Shown in pieces: positions 52,371 through 62,687 of a stretch of 64,000 nt of DNA. A model generated the notes under the pieces. The model was not told the origin of the DNA, searched no databases, and saw only the letters and a program-made list of their open reading frames with translations. Each line of letters opens with the position of its first letter. Position 1 is the stretch's first letter. A program made the translations under genes and the position numbers. Source of the stretch: an uncultured Gemmatimonadales bacterium (GTDB taxonomy: Bacteria; Gemmatimonadota; Gemmatimonadetes; Longimicrobiales; RSA9); NCBI GenBank assembly GCA_963708135.1, contig OY970192.1:2528001-2592000 (forward strand), given 5' to 3'.

Positions 52371-52460
52371 GGGTGCGATGATCGGAGACGGGCGGCGCGA
52401 CGGCCAGGCGCGACGGGCTCCGTCGCCGGATCGCGACGGCCATGGACGGCGCGGGGCGGC

Positions 52461-53750
52461 TCAGCGGGTCGTGACGGGGATGATCTGCTCGCGGGCGGTG
52501 CCGACCGAGATGTACCAGATCGGCACGCCGGTGAGGGCCTCCAGACGCCGCAGGTAGGCGCGCGCGGCATCCGGCAGCTCCTCCTCGCCGCGCGCCTCGG
52601 CGGTGGAGGTGCGCCAGCCGGGGAGGGTCTCGTAGATCGGCCGGGCGCACTCGAGGACCGAGAGGTCGTCGGGGAACTCCTCGTGCACCTCGCCGCCGAG
52701 CTCGTAGGCGACGGCGATCTTGACCTCCGCGAAGGAGTCGAGCACGTCGAGCTTGGTGATGGCGAGGCCCGTGAGGCCGTTGATGCGGGCGCCGTAGCGC
52801 ACTACGACGGCGTCGAACCAGCCGCAGCGGCGGGGGCGTCCGGTGGTGGCGCCGAACTCGCCGCCCAACGTACGGAGCTGGTCGCCCAGGGGCGGCGGGA
52901 TCTCGGTGGGAAGCGGTCCGGCGCCCACGCGGGTGGTGTAGGCCTTGACGACGCCGAGCACGGCGTCGATCGCCGTGGGCCCAATGCCGACGCCGATGGA
53001 CGCGCCGCCGGCCGTCGTGTTCGAGGAGGTGACGAAGGGATAGGTGCCATGGTCGACGTCGAGGAGGGCGCCCTGGGCGCCCTCGAGCAGCACGTGCGCA
53101 CCGTCGTGCAGCGCGCCCGTGATCTCGCGGCCGGTGTCCGTGATCAGCGGGAGGAGCCGATCGCGCACGGCGAGCACGTCGTGGGCGACGGCCTGCGGAT
53201 CGAGCGGCTCCGCGCCGAGCGCCGTCAGCCGCTCGTTGGTCCGTTCGGTGGCGGCCCGCACCATGGCGTGGGCTCGGTCGGCGTCGCGAAGATCGGCGGC
53301 GCGGATGCCGCGGCGCGCGATCTTGTCCTCGTAGGCCGGCCCGATGCCGCGGCCGGTCGTCCCGATCCTGGCCTCGCCGCGTCGCCGCTCGCTGGCCTGG
53401 TCGAGCCGCTTGTGGTACTCGAGGAGCAGGTGCGCGCGGCCGCTCACCCCCAGGCGGGGCTCCGCGTCGACACCGCGCTGCTCCAGTCCATCGAGCTCCT
53501 CGAAGAACTGGTGCACGTCGAGCACCACGCCGTTGCCGAGCAGGCAGCGCTTGTCGGGGTGCAGGATGCCGGAGGGGATCTGGTGCAGGATGAACTGGTC
53601 GCCGGCGACGTGGACCGTGTGGCCGGCGTTGGCGCCGCCCTGGTAGCGGGCGACGATGTCGGCCTGCGCCGCCAGGACGTCGACGATCTTCCCCTTCCCC
53701 TCGTCGCCCCACTGCGTGCCGACGACCACGAGGCAGCGATAGCCGTTCAT
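52461..53750 (-). CDS. purA: Adenylosuccinate synthetase
   Basis: QWGDEGKGK, GGANAGHT, GATTGRPRRCGW, TKLDVL. Confidence 0.97.
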   Translation of the reverse strand: MNGYRCLVVVGTQWGDEGKGKIVDVLAAQADIVARYQGGANAGHTVHVAGDQFILHQIPSGILHPDKRCLLGNGVVLDVHQFFEELDGLEQRGVDAEPRLGVSGRAHLLLEYHKRLDQASERRRGEARIGTTGRGIGPAYEDKIARRGIRAADLRDADRAHAMVRAATERTNERLTALGAEPLDPQAVAHDVLAVRDRLLPLITDTGREITGALHDGAHVLLEGAQGALLDVDHGTYPFVTSSNTTAGGASIGVGIGPTAIDAVLGVVKAYTTRVGAGPLPTEIPPPLGDQLRTLGGEFGATTGRPRRCGWFDAVVVRYGARINGLTGLAITKLDVLDSFAEVKIAVAYELGGEVHEEFPDDLSVLECARPIYETLPGWRTSTAEARGEEELPDAARAYLRRLEALTGVPIWYISVGTAREQIIPVTTR

Positions 53751-53793
53751 GCCGGAAGAGTAGCCCCCGCCCAGGGGCCTCGCAACGCGCGGC

Positions 53794-54972
53794 TCAGGCG
53801 CGCGCGGCCTCGGCCCGGAGCGCCCGCAGTGCCCCGCTCACCAGGGCCACGGTGGTCCCGCACCCTTCGCCCGTGAGCTGCGCGACGTGGTCGGTGGGAC
53901 GATGGACCCGTCGGAGGGAGCCGCCGTCGCCGCGCATCACCGTCACGGCCGGAAAGCCCGCCTCGACCAGTGGCACGTGGTCCAGCAGGATCCCGAGCGG
54001 CAGGTGCCGGCGGCGGGCGGGGATCCCGAGCGCCTCCGCGGCCGTGAGCAGCGCCGCCACGAGGTGCGGCGCGTAGCCGCGCCGCCGGATGCCGTGCCGC
54101 TCGATGATGTGGAACTCGCCCCGGTCGTCGAGCCCATCCAGGTTGATGACCCCGAACACCGGAGGCAGCTGCCGGCACGCCGCCCGCGCGCCGACCAGCC
54201 CGAGCTCCTCCCCTTCCGTGACCAGGAAGGCGACGTCGTCCCGGTCGCGCTCCCGCGCGGCCAGTGCCACCAGCGCCGCGACGCCGCTCGCGTTGTCCAG
54301 CGCCCCCGGCGACGCGTTTCCAGCCCAGGAGAAGAGGAGCACCAGCCCCGCCGCCACGCCGGCGCCGCCGAGCAGCCAGGCGGCTGGGCCGAGTGCCCAG
54401 CCGGCCGGGCCGAGCGCCGCGACGAGGCCGAGCAGCGCGAGCGCGCCCCACGCGCCCAGCGCGAGCGCCACGCCGCCGGCGCGCACGTGCAGCGGCACCG
54501 GCTGGGACTTGCTGTCGCGGTGGGCCGCGATGATGTAGCGCGGACGCGCGCCCGGCCGGTGCACGAGCCAGTTGGCGGCCTCGAGCCGGCCCCAGGGAAG
54601 CCGGGTCAGCCTGGGCGAGAAGACGGCGAGCAGACCCAGCAGCCCGCCGGCCAGCGCGAGCACGGCGAGGGCCGAACCGCCCCGGTGGAGCGCCGCAAGC
54701 CACGCCGCGCCGAGCGCCGAGATGACCAGGACCGCGCCCGCGGCGGACACCGCGTAGCGGCCGGGGATGGAGGAGAAGCCGAAGGGGAGCTCGTGGACCG
54801 TGTAGCCGAGCTTCTCGAAGCGGGCCCGCAGGTCGGCGCCGACCTCCTCGGCGCCCGCGCTGCCGGTGAGCCGCGGCCTGGCGCACGCCACGAGCACATC
54901 GCGGATCGAGGCGCGCTCGGCCGGCGGGCTGGGGTGGACCCGATCCTCGAGGTTCTCCGTGCCGAAGCGCAT
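53794..54972 (-). CDS. Membrane-embedded M28 family peptidase
   Basis: AHRDSK, GALDNASG, GEELGL, HRPTD; TM insertions. Confidence 0.75.
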   Translation of the reverse strand: MRFGTENLEDRVHPSPPAERASIRDVLVACARPRLTGSAGAEEVGADLRARFEKLGYTVHELPFGFSSIPGRYAVSAAGAVLVISALGAAWLAALHRGGSALAVLALAGGLLGLLAVFSPRLTRLPWGRLEAANWLVHRPGARPRYIIAAHRDSKSQPVPLHVRAGGVALALGAWGALALLGLVAALGPAGWALGPAAWLLGGAGVAAGLVLLFSWAGNASPGALDNASGVAALVALAARERDRDDVAFLVTEGEELGLVGARAACRQLPPVFGVINLDGLDDRGEFHIIERHGIRRRGYAPHLVAALLTAAEALGIPARRRHLPLGILLDHVPLVEAGFPAVTVMRGDGGSLRRVHRPTDHVAQLTGEGCGTTVALVSGALRALRAEAARA

Positions 54973-55000
54973 GCCGCTGCCTTCCTCCCGGTCGCGTGGC

Positions 55001-55901
55001 CTACGGGCGCAGGAGCCCCGCTTCCTGCATCACGCGGGCCACGTGGGCCGTTTCCTTCTCCGAGAGGGAGGTCAGCGGCGGGCGCGGCGGACCGCCCGTG
55101 TAGCCGATGAGGTCGAGCCCGGCCTTCACGCCGCGGGCGCCGAAGCGCGCCACGACCTCCCGGTGCACCGGCGCGATCGTCTCCTGGATCTCGCCCGCGC
55201 GGCGGGTCTCGCCGGCCCGGAAATGCCGCACGATGGCCCCGCATTCGCCGGGCGCGAGCAGGCCCACCGCCACGATGCCTCCCGCCGCGCCGAGCTCGAG
55301 CGCGGCATAGAGCGATGCGCCGTTGCCAATGAACAGCCGGCAGGCATCGGCGCATACCGTGCTGTAGTCGGCGAAGCGCTTGAGGTCGCCGGAAGAATCC
55401 TTCAGGCCCACCACGTTCGGGTGCCGCACCAGCTCCGCCACCAGTCCGGCCTCCAGCGTCACGTGCGTGTACTTCGGGATATGGTAGAGGATCACCGGGG
55501 CCGGCGAGGCATCCGCCACGGCCAGGAAGTGGTCGCGCAGCGCCGCCGGCGGGAGCGACGCCCCGAAGTAGGCCGGCGGATGCACGAGCACCGCGTCCGC
55601 GCCCGCCTCCGCGGCCCGGGTGGCCAGGCGGACCGTCGCGCGCGTGGACTCCGCACCCGCGCCGGCCACGAGCGGCATCGGCCCCGGCACCGCGTCGCGC
55701 GCCCACTCGAGGAGGCGCACCTTCTCGTCCTCGTCCAGCAGGGCGCCCTCGCCGGTGGAGCCGTAGAGGACGATGCCGTCCACGGACGACTCCGCCCACC
55801 TGCGCAGATTCTCGCGGAAGCTCACCGGCGCGAGGTCGCCGGTGACCGGATCGAAGGGCGTCGTCACCGGCACGAAGACGCCGCCGAGCCACGCGAGCGT
55901 C

Positions 55902-55909
<8 letters not shown>
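55001..55909 (-). CDS. DapA-family aldolase paralog
   Basis: TTPF, GSTGE, LYHIP, GLKDSSGD. Confidence 0.85.
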
Positions 55910-56966
<1,057 letters not shown>

Positions 56967-57152
56967 CGCTCACGCGGTGAGGGGGATTCCTACGGGAGCC
57001 GTCGGCCTCTGGCCGGCCGGTGCGGGCGCAGCAAAGTTAGCGCATCCCGGCCCCGCCGACCACTGTGCCCGCCCTCGCGGCGACGACGCCGCGCGCTTGC
57101 CGGCCGGGGAACGGACGCGCCGCCGAAAAGCCGCCCGGCCCCCCCCGCGCCA

Positions 57153-57854
57153 CTACAGCCGGTTCACGCGCAGCACGCCCTGGATCTCCAGCATTGCCGG
57201 CATCGCGCGCTCCCAGGCGTCCGCCGTCCCGCTGACGGAGTAGGAGACCGACAGCCCATCGGGCGACTTGTCGATGCGGTCCGATTCCACCCGGAAGCCG
57301 TGCTCGCGGAGCAGCGCCTCCAGGCGCGGGATGAGCTCGGGCTGGGGCAGCATGGTGACCTCGAGCGTGTGGTGCGCCGCCCGGTGCCGCCGGAGCACCT
57401 CCTCCACCCGGTACAGCGCGAGCAGGGCAATGATCACCAGCAGCGTGGTCCCGACCGCCTCGACGTACTCGTGCGCGCCCACCGCCATGCCGATCGCCGC
57501 CACCACCCACAGCGTCGCCGCCGTCGTCAGGCCGGTGATGCTCCCCCGCATCTGGAGGATCGTCCCCGCGCCGAGGAAACCGATGCCGCTCACGATCTGC
57601 GCGGCGATGCGCGTCGGGTCGCCCGGCGTCACCTGGCCGCCGGCGATCCGGGCCACCTGGATGGAGAGATCGGTGAAGAGCGCCGCGCCGACGCAGATCA
57701 GCAGGTTGGTGCGGAAGCCGGCGGGCTTGCCGCTGAGCTCCCTCTCGAGCCCCACGATTCCGCCCAGCACCGCCGCCAGCAGCAGCCGGCCGAGCAGATC
57801 CAGTCGCAGCCAGCCGGCGGCGGACAGCCAGTCCGTCGGTGGAGCCAGCATCAT
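57153..57854 (-). CDS. MgtC/SapB family protein
   Basis: GLERE, AGFRT, RIAAQIVSGIGFLGAG, GLTTAATLW. Confidence 0.92.
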   Translation of the reverse strand: MMLAPPTDWLSAAGWLRLDLLGRLLLAAVLGGIVGLERELSGKPAGFRTNLLICVGAALFTDLSIQVARIAGGQVTPGDPTRIAAQIVSGIGFLGAGTILQMRGSITGLTTAATLWVVAAIGMAVGAHEYVEAVGTTLLVIIALLALYRVEEVLRRHRAAHHTLEVTMLPQPELIPRLEALLREHGFRVESDRIDKSPDGLSVSYSVSGTADAWERAMPAMLEIQGVLRVNRL

Positions 57855-57916
57855 CGCGGCCTCCCCCCCGCCCCGCCCGGAGCCCGTGAGCCACGGGACC
57901 GGCTCCGTCCGGCGCG

Positions 57917-58630
57917 CTAGTCGTTAAGGCGTCGAAGTTCCTTCAGAAGGCCCGTCTTGCTCTTCGTGCGCTCATCCACCTGCTTGAGGACGCGGGCGGG
58001 CTGCCCCGCCGCGACCACGCTCGACGGAACGTCCTCCGTCACGACGGCACCCGCGGCCACCACGCTCCCCGTCCCCACGGTGCACCCCTCGAGCACCACC
58101 GCGTTCGCGCCGATCAGCACCTCGTCCTCCACCACCACCGGTCGCGCGCTCGGCGGCTCCAGCACGCCGGCCAGCACCGCGCCCGCGCCGATATGGCAAT
58201 CCCTGCCCACCTGCGCGCGGGCGCCCACCACGCAGTTCATGTCGAGCATCGTGCCCGCGCCAATGACCGCGCCGATGTTGACGACCGCGCCCATCATGAC
58301 GATCACGCGCTCTCCGATCTCGACCCGGTCCCGGATCACGGCGCCGGGCTCGATGCGTGCGTTCACCGTGCGCAGGTCGAGCATCGGGATGGCCGAGTTG
58401 CGCCGATCGGCGTCCACGTGGTGGTAGAGGATCTGCTCGCCGCCGCCCTCCAGCAGCGCCCCGATCCGCTCCCATTCCCCCACCAGGATCGTCGTCCCGG
58501 CCCCCGTGGGAAAGACCTGCACGTCCTCCTCCGGCTCAGCCCGCCAGCCTTCGGCATGCCGCACGAGCACCGTGACCGGCGTGCGCTTCCGGGCGTTCGA
58601 GATGAGATCCCGTATCTCCTGGTAGTCCAT
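57917..58630 (-). CDS. dapH: Tetrahydrodipicolinate N-acetyltransferase (DapH type)
   Basis: ARKRTPV, DRRNSAIPMLDL, ARIEPGAVIRD, HIGAGAVLAGVLEPPSA. Confidence 0.9.
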   Translation of the reverse strand: MDYQEIRDLISNARKRTPVTVLVRHAEGWRAEPEEDVQVFPTGAGTTILVGEWERIGALLEGGGEQILYHHVDADRRNSAIPMLDLRTVNARIEPGAVIRDRVEIGERVIVMMGAVVNIGAVIGAGTMLDMNCVVGARAQVGRDCHIGAGAVLAGVLEPPSARPVVVEDEVLIGANAVVLEGCTVGTGSVVAAGAVVTEDVPSSVVAAGQPARVLKQVDERTKSKTGLLKELRRLND

Positions 58631-58691
58631 GCCCCCTCCTGCTCCGGCGCGGCCCCGGCCCCCCCCACCCTCGCGACTTCGATGTCGCGCC

Positions 58692-59489
58692 CTACAGCCC
58701 GAGCACCTCCGCCATCCCGTACCTGCCCGGCTTCTTCCCGACCACCCATCGCGCCGCCAGCAGCGCGCCCTCCGCGAACAGCGCGCGGTCCGCGGCCGCG
58801 TGCGCGAGCTCGAGGCGCTCGCGCCGCCCGATGAAGAGGACCCGGTGCTCTCCCACCACATCGCCTCCGCGCAGCGCGTGGAAGCCGATCTCGCCCTCCG
58901 GCCGCTCGCCCGTCCGGCCGCTCCGGCCGTCGCGCCGCACGTCGCCGAGGCTCTGCTGCCGCCCCGCAGCCACGGCGCTTCCCAGCGCGAGCGCGGTGCC
59001 GCTCGGCGCGTCCACCTTTCGACGATGGTGCGTCTCGACGATCTCCACGTCGTAGCCGGACGCCGGCAGCGCGCGAGCGGCACGCTCCGCCAGGCCGAGC
59101 AGCAGGTTCACGCCTATGCTGAAGTTCGCCGCCACGAGGACGGCCGAGCGCTGTGCCAGACGCTCCAGCGCCCCCTCCTCGTCTGCCCCCAGGCCGGTCG
59201 TCCCGACGAGCAGGGCCCGCCCCGCGAGCGCATCGGCGTGATCGGTGGCCAGCGCCCGCGTGGCTTCCGGCGCCGAGAAGTCGAGGACCACATCGGCGTC
59301 GCCGAGCAGCGCGTCGCCTTCCCGCAGCGGCAGAATGCGCGGGTAGCCGAGCGCCGCCGCCTCCTCGTCCGTGCGCGCCCCCTGCTCCAGCCCGCCCGCG
59401 ATCTCGAGGTCGGCGGCTGCGGCGGCGAGCGTGGCTAGGAGCCGCCCCATGCGCCCGCCGGCGCCGGAGATGACGATGCGCGTGGGCAC
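58692..59489 (-). CDS. dapB: 4-hydroxy-tetrahydrodipicolinate reductase
   Basis: GAGGRMG, GTTG, ETHHRRKVDAPSGTA. Confidence 0.96.
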   Translation of the reverse strand: MPTRIVISGAGGRMGRLLATLAAAAADLEIAGGLEQGARTDEEAAALGYPRILPLREGDALLGDADVVLDFSAPEATRALATDHADALAGRALLVGTTGLGADEEGALERLAQRSAVLVAANFSIGVNLLLGLAERAARALPASGYDVEIVETHHRRKVDAPSGTALALGSAVAAGRQQSLGDVRRDGRSGRTGERPEGEIGFHALRGGDVVGEHRVLFIGRRERLELAHAAADRALFAEGALLAARWVVGKKPGRYGMAEVLGL

Positions 59490-59490
59490 C

Positions 59491-60399
59491 TCAGCCCGTC
59501 GCCCGCAGGTCGACGCCCCGCATGGCCTCCACCAGCCGGGCCCGTGTCGCGTCCGTCGGCGCGACCAGCGGCAGGCGCAGCGCGCCGACCTCGAAGCCTA
59601 GCATGCCCACGGCGGTCTTGACCGGTCCCGGGTTCGACTCCGCGAAGAGCGCGGCGATCAGCGGCAGGTAGCGGAGCTGCAGGCGGCGGGCGGCGGCCGT
59701 GTCGCCGTCCAGGAAGTGGTGGACCATGGCGCTGGTCTCGCGAGGCGCGATGTTCGCCAGCACGCTGATCACCCCGCGGCCGCCGAGCGCGAGGATCGGC
59801 ACCACCTGGTCGTCGTTGCCGCTCCAGAGCGCCACCCGGTCGCCCACCAGGCGTGCCAGCTCGGCCACTTGCGAGATGTCGCCGGACGCTTCCTTCACGC
59901 CCAGCACGTGGGCGCCCGCAACCTCCCCGCCGTCCACCAGCTCCGCGACGGTCGCGGGCAGGATGTTCACCGCCGTGCGGCCCGGGACGTTGTAGATCAC
60001 GACCGGCAGCCCGCCCGCCTCCATGACCGCGCGGAAATGGGCGAGGAGGCCGCGTTGGGTGGGCTTGTTGTACGGCGGAGCGCTGAGGAGCAGCGCGTCG
60101 GCGCCGGCCGCCCCCGCCTGCCGGGCCAGCTCCGCGACCCGGGCGGTGTCGCTGCCGCCGCACCCGGCGATCACCGGCAGCCGCCCGTCGTTTTCGTCCA
60201 CGACGATCTCGACCGCCCGGCGCTGCTCCGCCGGCGACATGGTGGCCGCCTCGCCCGTGGAGCCGCAGACGACGAGGGCGTCCGTGCCCTCTTCGTGGTG
60301 GAAGCGGACCAGCCGGCGCAGCGCCGCTTCGTTCACGCCGTGCTCGTCGAACGGCGTGACGAGCGCCACACCGGAGCCGCTGAAGCGGGGATCGGCCAT
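59491..60399 (-). CDS. dapA: 4-hydroxy-tetrahydrodipicolinate synthase
   Basis: ALVTPF, GSTGE, PPYNKP, YNVPGRT, KEASG, NPGPVK. Confidence 0.95.
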   Translation of the reverse strand: MADPRFSGSGVALVTPFDEHGVNEAALRRLVRFHHEEGTDALVVCGSTGEAATMSPAEQRRAVEIVVDENDGRLPVIAGCGGSDTARVAELARQAGAAGADALLLSAPPYNKPTQRGLLAHFRAVMEAGGLPVVIYNVPGRTAVNILPATVAELVDGGEVAGAHVLGVKEASGDISQVAELARLVGDRVALWSGNDDQVVPILALGGRGVISVLANIAPRETSAMVHHFLDGDTAAARRLQLRYLPLIAALFAESNPGPVKTAVGMLGFEVGALRLPLVAPTDATRARLVEAMRGVDLRATG

Positions 60400-60401
60400 C
60401 G

Positions 60402-60776
60402 TCAGAGGTTGTCGAGGTCGCGGATGTCCGACGCGGTCACATCGGAGGGCGAGTCGTCCGTGGCCAGGTCACGCTCCGTCGCCTCGCGGTAGTCCTCCTC
60501 CACGTCGTCGGAGCCCGTGGGGGTGAAGAAGGAGCGGAAGACCGTGTTGCCGCACTTTTCGCAGGTCAGGTCCTCCGGCGGCTCTTCCTCGTCGAACGTG
60601 TACTCGCGGCCGCACTCCACGCACACCTCAACGAGGATCCCCTCGCTCGGCTCGCCGACGCGGCCCGGCGTCTCGCTTCCGGCCTCCGCGCGGAGCTGGT
60701 GCGCCCGCAGCCCTTCGACGCTGCTCGTCTCGCCTCGCCGCTCCTCCGGCTCCCGTCCCGCCGCCTGGTCCGTCAT
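60402..60776 (-). CDS. Acidic zinc-ribbon protein
   Basis: CVECG...CEKCG; GGAGG SD. Confidence 0.75.
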   Translation of the reverse strand: MTDQAAGREPEERRGETSSVEGLRAHQLRAEAGSETPGRVGEPSEGILVEVCVECGREYTFDEEEPPEDLTCEKCGNTVFRSFFTPTGSDDVEEDYREATERDLATDDSPSDVTASDIRDLDNL

Positions 60777-60798
60777 GGCTCCTCCCGTTCCACGGCAC

Positions 60799-61779
60799 TC
60801 AACGCTTGAGTCCCATCCGGTCGCGCACCTCCCGCATGGTCTCGGACGCCCGGGCCCGACATAGCGCCGCGCCGTCGCCCAGGATCTCGTGCACCCGCTC
60901 CGGATGGGCGCGGTACTCGCCGGCCCGCTCCCGCATCGGCGCGAACGCGCCGGCGATGCTCTCCGCCAGCAGGGCCTTGCACTCCACGCACCCGATCCCC
61001 GCCGCCCGGCACTCCACGTCGATGCTGGCCACGCGCGCCGGTGCGGTAAAGAAGCGGTGCAGCGTGAACACGTTGCAGACCTCGGGCCGCCCCGGGTCGC
61101 TCCGCCGCACGCGCTGCGGGTCCGTCACGGCCGTGCGGACCCGCGCCAGGATCTCCTCCGGCGCGTCCAGCATTCCCACGGTGTTGCCGCGCGACTTGCT
61201 CATCTTGGCCTGGTCGTCCAGCCCGCGGATCCGCCCCGCATCCGAGACCACGGCCTCGGGCTCGGGGAAGAGCTCGCCGTACTGCCGGTTCCAGCGCCGC
61301 GCGATCTCGCGCGTGAGCTCCAGGTGCTGCACCTGGTCCTCGCCCACGGGAACCCGATCCGCTCGGTAGAGCAAGATGTCTGCCGCCTGCAGCACGGGGT
61401 AGTTGAGCAGCCCCGCCGGCACGGATTCCATGCCGGCCGCCTTGTCCTTGAACTGCGTCATCCGCTCCAGCTCGCCGAGCGGTGTGACCGTGTTGAAGAT
61501 CCATGCGAGCTCCGAGTGCTCCGGCACCTCGGACTGCAGGAACATGGTGCAGCGGTCGGGATCCAGCCCCGCGGCGAGGAAGCTCACCGCCAGGTCGAAG
61601 ATGCGCGCCGGCATCTCCGCCGCCTCGTAGCCGATCGTGATGGCGTGCAGGTCCACGATGCAGAAGATGCATTCCATCTCGTCCTGCAGCCTCACCCACT
61701 GCCGGAGCGCACCGAGGTAGTTCCCGAGATGCGCCTCGCCCGTGGGCTGCATCCCGCTGAAGACGCGCCTCTGCGACAT
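60799..61779 (-). CDS. trpS: Tryptophanyl-tRNA synthetase
   Basis: SGMQPTG, HLGNY, YPVLQAADIL, VGEDQ, KMSKS. Confidence 0.97.
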   Translation of the reverse strand: MSQRRVFSGMQPTGEAHLGNYLGALRQWVRLQDEMECIFCIVDLHAITIGYEAAEMPARIFDLAVSFLAAGLDPDRCTMFLQSEVPEHSELAWIFNTVTPLGELERMTQFKDKAAGMESVPAGLLNYPVLQAADILLYRADRVPVGEDQVQHLELTREIARRWNRQYGELFPEPEAVVSDAGRIRGLDDQAKMSKSRGNTVGMLDAPEEILARVRTAVTDPQRVRRSDPGRPEVCNVFTLHRFFTAPARVASIDVECRAAGIGCVECKALLAESIAGAFAPMRERAGEYRAHPERVHEILGDGAALCRARASETMREVRDRMGLKR

Positions 61780-61855
61780 TGACCCTTCCCGTAGCTTTCG
61801 GTTCGATGGCTCGTAAGTTACCATGCCGCGAACCCGGAGCAAGCCTCGGAAGCCC

Positions 61856-62674
61856 ATGGATCCACGCCCTCTTCTGGACACCGCGGTGGCCGCCGCGCGC
61901 GCGGCGGCCACCGTGCATCGCAGCCACTTCGGCCGCGTCCCAGCGCGGGACTGGACGGAGAAAGGCATCTCGGACTACGTCACCTTCGTGGACCGGGAGG
62001 CGGAGGCGGTCATCCTGGGAAGGATCCGGGCGGCCTTTCCGCAGCATGCCATCCTCGCCGAGGAGTCGGCCGCCGCCCTGGAGGCGCCGGAGAGGGCCGA
62101 GTGGCTGTGGATCGTGGATCCGCTGGACGGCACGACCAACTACCTCCACGGCTACCCAATGTACAGCGTCTCCGTGGCCGTGGCGCACCGGGGCGAGCTC
62201 GTGGCGGGCGTCGTCCTGTCCAGCGCCAGCGGCGAGGAATGGACCGCCGTGCGCGGGGGCGGCGCCAGCAAGGACGGCCGGCCGGTGCACGTCTCGACGC
62301 TCGAGCGCCTGCGGGGCGCCCTCGTCGGCACCGGCTTCCCCTTCAAGGCGCCCGACCGCATCCGGCTGTACGTCCGGCAGTTCGAGGCGGTGCTCCGGAC
62401 GGCGTCCGACCTGCGCCGAGGCGGCTCCGCGGCGCTCGACCTGTGCCACCTGGCCAGCGGCTATCTGGACGTGTTCTGGGAGCTCGTCCTGGCGCCATGG
62501 GACATTGCGGCCGGCACGCTGCTCGTGCGCGAGGCCGGCGGCCTGGTGACCAATCTCGCGGGAGACCCGGGTGTGCTGGGCGGCGGTGCCATCCTGGCCG
62601 GCAACGCCGCGCTGCACGCAGAGCTCGGCGCGCTGCTCCGCGAGCTCGAAACCCGGTCCGTCGGCCCGGGGTAG
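61856..62674 (+). CDS. suhB: Inositol monophosphatase family protein
   Basis: WIVDPLDGTTNY, GSAALDL, WDIAAG. Confidence 0.92.
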   Translation: MDPRPLLDTAVAAARAAATVHRSHFGRVPARDWTEKGISDYVTFVDREAEAVILGRIRAAFPQHAILAEESAAALEAPERAEWLWIVDPLDGTTNYLHGYPMYSVSVAVAHRGELVAGVVLSSASGEEWTAVRGGGASKDGRPVHVSTLERLRGALVGTGFPFKAPDRIRLYVRQFEAVLRTASDLRRGGSAALDLCHLASGYLDVFWELVLAPWDIAAGTLLVREAGGLVTNLAGDPGVLGGGAILAGNAALHAELGALLRELETRSVGPG

Positions 62675-62687
62675 CAGGGCGCGGAGG

